Shown: piece after piece, positions 59,267 through 64,000 of the stretch
Layout of the letters: every line of letters begins with the position of its first letter
How positions within the stretch are numbered: the stretch's first letter is position 1
IMG/VR virus record: IMGVR_UViG_3300030041_000009
Location: 124,001 to 188,000 of that record
Direction: 5' to 3' (one strand)
Length of the DNA: 64,000 bases
The notes under the pieces: generated by a model
The model's database searches: none
What the model was told of the DNA's origin: nothing
The model's input: the letters and a program-made list of their open reading frames with translations, nothing else
Translations under genes and position numbers: made by a program

Positions 59267-60138
59267 TTATTGGTGTATATAAAATAACAAATTTAATAAA
59301 TAATAAATGTTATGTTGGATCATCAATAAATGTTAAAGGAAGATTTACTCAACATAAGAATCAATTAAAAAAGAATAAACATCATTCTATTAAATTACAA
59401 AGAGCTTATGATAAATATGGTATTGAAAATTTTACATATACAATTTTAGAAGAATGTAGTATTAATGAAATTTTAATTAGAGAACAATATTATATTGATT
59501 TTTTTGATTGCTGTAAAAATGGATATAATATTTTACCTAATGCTGGACATAATTTAGGAATGAAACATAGTGACAAAACAAAAGATATATTAAGGCAAAA
59601 AAGTATTGGAAACAAAAGTCACTTTGGTATAAAACAAAGTGAAGAAACAAAAAAAATAATATCAGAAAAATTAAAAGGAATAAATATTTCAGATGAAACT
59701 AAATTAAAAATGAGTAAATCACAAAAAGGTAGAATAACAAGTGATGAAACTAAATTAAAATTAAGTATATTAAATAAAGGTAAAAAAATGAGTGATGAAG
59801 CTAAATTAAAAATAAGCATTTCAAAAAAAGGTAAACAGCAAAGTAAAGAAACTATTGAAAAAAGGGTAAAAAAGAATACTGGTCAAAAAAGAACAGATGA
59901 AGTTAAATTGAAAATGAGTAAAGCTATGATTGGTGTAAAAAAAAGACCTATGACTGAAGAATATAAATTATTAAGATCTAAAAAAGTTGCTCAAATATCA
60001 GAAAGTGGAGAAATAATTAAAGAATTTAATAGTGTAAAAAATTGTGCGTCGTATTTTAATACTAAAACTAATAGAATATGGGAAGTATTATCAGGTAACA
60101 AAAAATCTTATAAAAATAATTATTTCAAATATTTATAA
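59263..60138 (+). CDS. GIY-YIG homing endonuclease with NUMOD3 repeats
   Basis: GVYKITN..CYVGSS..R; repeated SDETKLKMS; C-terminal NUMOD1-like HTH. Confidence 0.92.
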   Translation: MIIGVYKITNLINNKCYVGSSINVKGRFTQHKNQLKKNKHHSIKLQRAYDKYGIENFTYTILEECSINEILIREQYYIDFFDCCKNGYNILPNAGHNLGMKHSDKTKDILRQKSIGNKSHFGIKQSEETKKIISEKLKGINISDETKLKMSKSQKGRITSDETKLKLSILNKGKKMSDEAKLKISISKKGKQQSKETIEKRVKKNTGQKRTDEVKLKMSKAMIGVKKRPMTEEYKLLRSKKVAQISESGEIIKEFNSVKNCASYFNTKTNRIWEVLSGNKKSYKNNYFKYL

Positions 60139-60205
60139 ACTTATTATTTTTTATTACTATATAGAATGTGGAATTTATCCACAATAATAAAAATAATAAT
60201 AAATA

Positions 60206-60406
60206 ATGAGTAAATTAAATGGCACCGTAAAATTTTTCAATTCGGAAAAAGGATATGGGTTCGTAGCCGAAAAAGAAACAGGTAAGGAATATTTTGTTCA
60301 CATCACAAATTTGATAGACAAAATATATGAAAATGACGAAGTCAGTTTTGATCTAGTTGAAGGTAAAAAAGGACTGAATTGTTCTAATGTAGAAGTAATA
60401 AATTAA
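60206..60406 (+). CDS. Cold-shock domain protein
   Basis: GTVKFFNSEKGYGFV, YFVH. Confidence 0.92.
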   Translation: MSKLNGTVKFFNSEKGYGFVAEKETGKEYFVHITNLIDKIYENDEVSFDLVEGKKGLNCSNVEVIN

Positions 60407-60459
60407 AAATTAATATATTTCTAAAATTTAAAAAAGACTCAATTTAATTGAGTCTTTTT

Positions 60460-60933
60460 TTATATGTTGAATTTTTCAGCTTCTTGTTGTAATAAATAAT
60501 CTTCATATTTATCTGGATAATCTTTTTTAATTTTTTCTTTAATTTCAGTAGGTAAATAATCAAAAAAAGTAATTTTAACAATTCTACCTTTAACATTCCA
60601 ATCAGCTCCTGAATCTATTAATAATTTTATAGTATCATAATTTTCGATATAAGGAAACATAAATCTATTAGAGGATGCTAGTAATAATGGTGTATAACCT
60701 TGATTTGTAGTATCTTGGATATTTACATCCGCTCCGTTTTTAATTAATATTTTTAAAATATCAATATTATTAACAGAATATATTAATGAGTTGAAACCAT
60801 CTTTATTGATATAATTAACATCAGCTCCTTGTTTTATTAAACTTTCAACTTTTTTTATATTATTATTTATACAAGAGTCTATTAATTCATTATTTAAATC
60901 TAAATTTTGTTCAAATGTTTTTATATATTTCAT
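60460..60933 (-). CDS. Ankyrin-repeat protein, dual-tag family
   Basis: LIKQGADVN, GYTPLLLAS; MKYIKTFE ... EKFNI. Confidence 0.85.
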   Translation of the reverse strand: MKYIKTFEQNLDLNNELIDSCINNNIKKVESLIKQGADVNYINKDGFNSLIYSVNNIDILKILIKNGADVNIQDTTNQGYTPLLLASSNRFMFPYIENYDTIKLLIDSGADWNVKGRIVKITFFDYLPTEIKEKIKKDYPDKYEDYLLQQEAEKFNI

Positions 60934-61445
60934 ATATTAAATTTTTCAGAAGTTTTTATCATTAAATATATTTCATATTGTTTATGATATTTCTTTAATA
61001 TATGTCTTTTAAATTCGTTATCTTGTATATGTTCAAGAAAATCTTTTTCACGTCCATAATTTTGTGTTTTATTCCAATCTGCTCCTGCATCAATTAATTT
61101 TTCCATTATAGATTTATAATAATCACTACTACTTCCAGTGCTACCTATTGCTGAGATTATTAATGCTGTATTTCCATTATCATCTTGTAAATCTAAATTC
61201 ACATCTGATTTTATCAATTCATCAAATACTTTTTCATATCTATTAATCATAGAATATATTAAAGCTGTTCTATAACTTAGTTGATCTTGTAAATTTAAAT
61301 CTATTTGTCCAGAATTTATCATATCAATCATTTCAGCTTCTCCTTTTGAACCTAAATCATGCATCTGAACAAGATTCAATAGTTCATAAGTATGGTATTG
61401 TTTCTCATTGAATTTTAATTCCTCATATAATTTCAAATGTTTCAT
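60930..61445 (-). CDS. Ankyrin-repeat protein, dual-tag family (start MKHLKLYE)
   Basis: TALIYS, GNTALII, LIDAGADWN; ends EKFNI. Confidence 0.8.
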   Translation of the reverse strand: MKHLKLYEELKFNEKQYHTYELLNLVQMHDLGSKGEAEMIDMINSGQIDLNLQDQLSYRTALIYSMINRYEKVFDELIKSDVNLDLQDDNGNTALIISAIGSTGSSSDYYKSIMEKLIDAGADWNKTQNYGREKDFLEHIQDNEFKRHILKKYHKQYEIYLMIKTSEKFNI

Positions 61446-61504
61446 ATCTTTATATATAAAAAATAACTTATAAATTTTATATATAGATAAAATCAATTAT
61501 TAAT

Positions 61505-61819
61505 ATGAAAATAAAAAAATTTAATGAAAATTCAACTGATAGCATTACAGGAATATTCGCTATTGTTACTATACCAGTTGATAAACGTCATATTCCTTTT
61601 GATGATTTGATTAAAGATAGTTATTATATACAATATGAAAAGGATTATAAAAATGATAAAAAATCGTTAATACAATATACAATTGAGCATATTATTCTTG
61701 AAGAAGGATTATTAAATTTTTCATATAAATTAGTTGATGAATTTGGTAAAGAAATAACAACAGAAGAATTATATAACCGAATTGAACTTAATGATAGTGC
61801 AAATAAATTTAACTTATGA
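61505..61819 (+). CDS. Dual-tag family protein
   Basis: MKIKKFNE ... NKFNL. Confidence 0.7.
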   Translation: MKIKKFNENSTDSITGIFAIVTIPVDKRHIPFDDLIKDSYYIQYEKDYKNDKKSLIQYTIEHIILEEGLLNFSYKLVDEFGKEITTEELYNRIELNDSANKFNL

Positions 61820-62305
61820 AATACATAAAAACATTTGAATCAAGGAAAAAAGAAAATATGATTAATTTAATAAATTTAGATAATGATTCTAAAATTATAA
61901 AAGTAACTCAAGAAGAACTTGATGCATTAATAGACAATGATTTTACAGTTCTTTATGATAATGAAAGAATTAGATATGATTCAAATCATCTAGATGAATG
62001 GAGATATGATTCAGATGAAGAAGATGATATAAAAAAGTTTTTAAAATCATTTAGAAGGCATGATAGCGTTATATGCTTTGAGTAGCAAAAAAATAATAAG
62101 AGTTACGAAGGAAGAACTCAATGTATTAATAGGAGAAAAATTTGAAATTCTTTATGATGATGACGAAATAGTTCATGATCCAACTTTACCAAATGAATGG
62201 AGATATGATGATGATGAATATGAAGAAATAACAAGATGGTTAGAATTATATAGAATATTAAAAGATCCTGAACAAGTTAATCAAACAATTAAATTTAACT
62301 TATGA
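61816..62305 (+). pseudogene. Probable single two-repeat dual-tag gene split by a frameshift (ORFs 61816..62085 and 62060..62305)
   Basis: First ORF has only the N-tag, second only the C-tag; both contain KIIxVTxEEL..EWRYD. Confidence 0.6.
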
Positions 62306-62799
62306 AATATATAAAAAGGTTTGAAAGTTTAGATCAAAATGATGCTGAATTTTATTTAGAAGTTACACCAGAAATTGCACTTAGTTTTTGTAATGGTAAG
62401 CCGTTACCTTCTGATGATCCTATACCATTAAATCATCAAATTTTAGAATATGCATTTGGAATGGCTGATGATGTAACAGATAATGATTATATCTCTGCTG
62501 CTATAGATGTTTGCGATTGGTTTGATGGTACTCCAAAATCAATAAAAGATGGAGTAAATGCTATCAATCAATATGAATTTGATTATGTAAGTGAAGGACC
62601 AGATTTTGTATTAGGAGTCAATTACGATGGTGAATCAGCAGAATTTGGAGATATTCATGTATTTTTAAAAGATTATAGAAAAATTGAAGTAGTTTTTGTT
62701 TATGATTGTAAGAAGGAAAAATTTATGACTCCGAAATATTTTAGAAATATTTATAGTATTCCTGGATTATATAATAATATAGATAAATTTAACTTATGA
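62302..62799 (+). CDS. Dual-tag family protein
   Basis: MKYIKRFE ... DKFNL. Confidence 0.75.
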   Translation: MKYIKRFESLDQNDAEFYLEVTPEIALSFCNGKPLPSDDPIPLNHQILEYAFGMADDVTDNDYISAAIDVCDWFDGTPKSIKDGVNAINQYEFDYVSEGPDFVLGVNYDGESAEFGDIHVFLKDYRKIEVVFVYDCKKEKFMTPKYFRNIYSIPGLYNNIDKFNL

Positions 62800-63047
62800 A
62801 ATATATAAAAAGATTTGAAAAGAAATTATTTAATCCTAACGATTGTAAAGTTGGTGATTATATAAAATATAGACAAAATAACTATACATTTGATGCTAAA
62901 ATAATTAAAAAAGACGAGTCATTTTATTTAGTTCAAAATGAAATATGTAAAATTGGAATTATTAAAGAACAAATTTTAAGATTTTTAACTTCATTAGAAA
63001 TTGAAAATTTTGAATTATTATTAAATACCAATAAATTTAATTTATGA
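62796..63047 (+). CDS. Dual-tag family protein
   Basis: MKYIKRFE ... NKFNL. Confidence 0.75.
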   Translation: MKYIKRFEKKLFNPNDCKVGDYIKYRQNNYTFDAKIIKKDESFYLVQNEICKIGIIKEQILRFLTSLEIENFELLLNTNKFNL

Positions 63048-63355
63048 AATATATAAAGAAATTTGAAAATAATATTGATTTACCAGAAGTTGGTGATTAT
63101 GTTTTAATGAATAGTTATAGTACTAATAGCGTTATAAATTTTGTAACTAAAAATTTTGGTAGATTAACAGCTGTAGAATTCGATCCAAATTTAAAAAAAT
63201 ATAAATGTAGAGTTAGATATGAAAATATACCAGATAATATAGATTTATTTTTTCATGATGGTACAAGAATTTTTGATATCGAATTATTAGTGGAATATGG
63301 AAAAACAATTGAAGAATTAAAATTGAAATTACAAGCAAATAAATTTAACTTATGA
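63044..63355 (+). CDS. Dual-tag family, VGDYV subfamily
   Basis: MKYIKKFE ... LQANKFNL. Confidence 0.75.
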   Translation: MKYIKKFENNIDLPEVGDYVLMNSYSTNSVINFVTKNFGRLTAVEFDPNLKKYKCRVRYENIPDNIDLFFHDGTRIFDIELLVEYGKTIEELKLKLQANKFNL

Positions 63356-63687
63356 AATATATAAAGAAATTTGAAAATATTAAAGATGAACCAAAAGTAG
63401 GAGATTATGTATTAATGAAATCTTCCATGCAGAATAAAGAAATGACTGATTTTATTGATAATACTATTGGTAAAATTATAAAAATTGAAATAAAATATCA
63501 TTTCAATACAGTAAGTGTTGAATACGAAGATATACCTATGGAGATTGCAAGTTTATTTGGATATGAGAATTATAATCTTAATCATAATATTGGATTTAGA
63601 GAATTTTTATATAGTAGTATTATTGATTATTCTGAAAATAAAGAAGATTTAGAATATAAAATAAAAGCAAAAAATTTTAATCTATGA
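63352..63687 (+). CDS. Dual-tag family, VGDYV subfamily
   Basis: MKYIKKFE ... KNFNL. Confidence 0.75.
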   Translation: MKYIKKFENIKDEPKVGDYVLMKSSMQNKEMTDFIDNTIGKIIKIEIKYHFNTVSVEYEDIPMEIASLFGYENYNLNHNIGFREFLYSSIIDYSENKEDLEYKIKAKNFNL

Positions 63688-64000
63688 AATATATAAATAC
63701 ATTTGAAAAATATGGTGATTGGAAATATGAGGATAAATATTGGCAAGTAACATTATTGCAACCATATTTTAGATTGTCTTTAAAAAAGATAGGAGTACCA
63801 GATGATTTAATTGAAGATTGGTGCCTTTGGTATACTAATGAAAATGTTCTTGTATATATTTATAAAGAAAAAGTTAAACAATATAATAGCTTAACAGATG
63901 ATTATGATGAATATTTTGAATGGATTTTAAAATTAGAACCAGATAATAGAGATCATGCATTATTTATGGGAAAGGTTAAACTTCAAGATTTTGAACTGAC
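63684..64000 (+). CDS. Partial N-tagged protein (MKYINTFE...), runs off window
   Basis: Manual translation. Confidence 0.65.
   Translation, partial: MKYINTFEKYGDWKYEDKYWQVTLLQPYFRLSLKKIGVPDDLIEDWCLWYTNENVLVYIYKEKVKQYNSLTDDYDEYFEWILKLEPDNRDHALFMGKVKLQDFEL

Noticed and set aside
2014-59819. Antisense or nested ORFs (e.g. 2014, 7713, 9503, 11571, 13731, 14568, 18356, 19782, 21613, 23361, 24114, 28090, 30574, 30719, 33469, 41112, 45550, 47174, 47353, 48045, 49921, 51831, 53587, 55363, 59619)
   Set aside because: They overlap better-supported genes and mostly have the Ile/Leu/Phe/Ser-rich composition expected from off-frame reading of AT-rich coding DNA
59263-60138. GIY-YIG gene as part of a group I intron
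   Set aside because: No interrupted host gene or intron core is evident; it appears free-standing behind an RHH gene
1-64000. Stop-codon reassignment
   Set aside because: Recognisable genes are full length under the standard code and no suppressor anticodon is present

Overview
Very AT-rich, gene-dense segment that reads as part of a large T4-like (jumbo) phage genome. Evidence for a phage: gp32-like SSB, GIY-YIG homing endonuclease, tRNAs, many small ORFans and no core housekeeping operons. The host is probably a Bacteroidota, because TAnnTTTG promoter boxes recur and Shine-Dalgarno motifs are not evident. Main items: (1) a compact class 1 CRISPR-Cas locus (cas7-cas5-cas6-array-cas3, 1697-9294) that joins type I-F2-like Cas7fv/Cas5fv to a canonical non-I-F Cas6, a Cas2-free Cas3 and 37 repeats of 36 bp with ~30-nt spacers; no cas8, cas1 or cas2 is present in the window, and one spacer encodes a terminase Walker A motif. 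(2) A Gln5 leader-peptide attenuator with tandem terminators upstream of two tRNA-Gln genes, one built on a long-variable-arm scaffold (20896-21206). (3) Two mutually exclusive peptide tag systems on dozens of unrelated small proteins: N-terminal MK(Y/H)(I/L)KxFE with C-terminal KFN(L/I), versus a basic RKxKLxxL helix. (4) Duplicated sRNA-like units, duplicated micro-ORFs, a ligase-like protein lacking catalytic lysines, and paralogous Tudor-domain proteins. All family assignments come from motif recognition by eye; no database searches were run.
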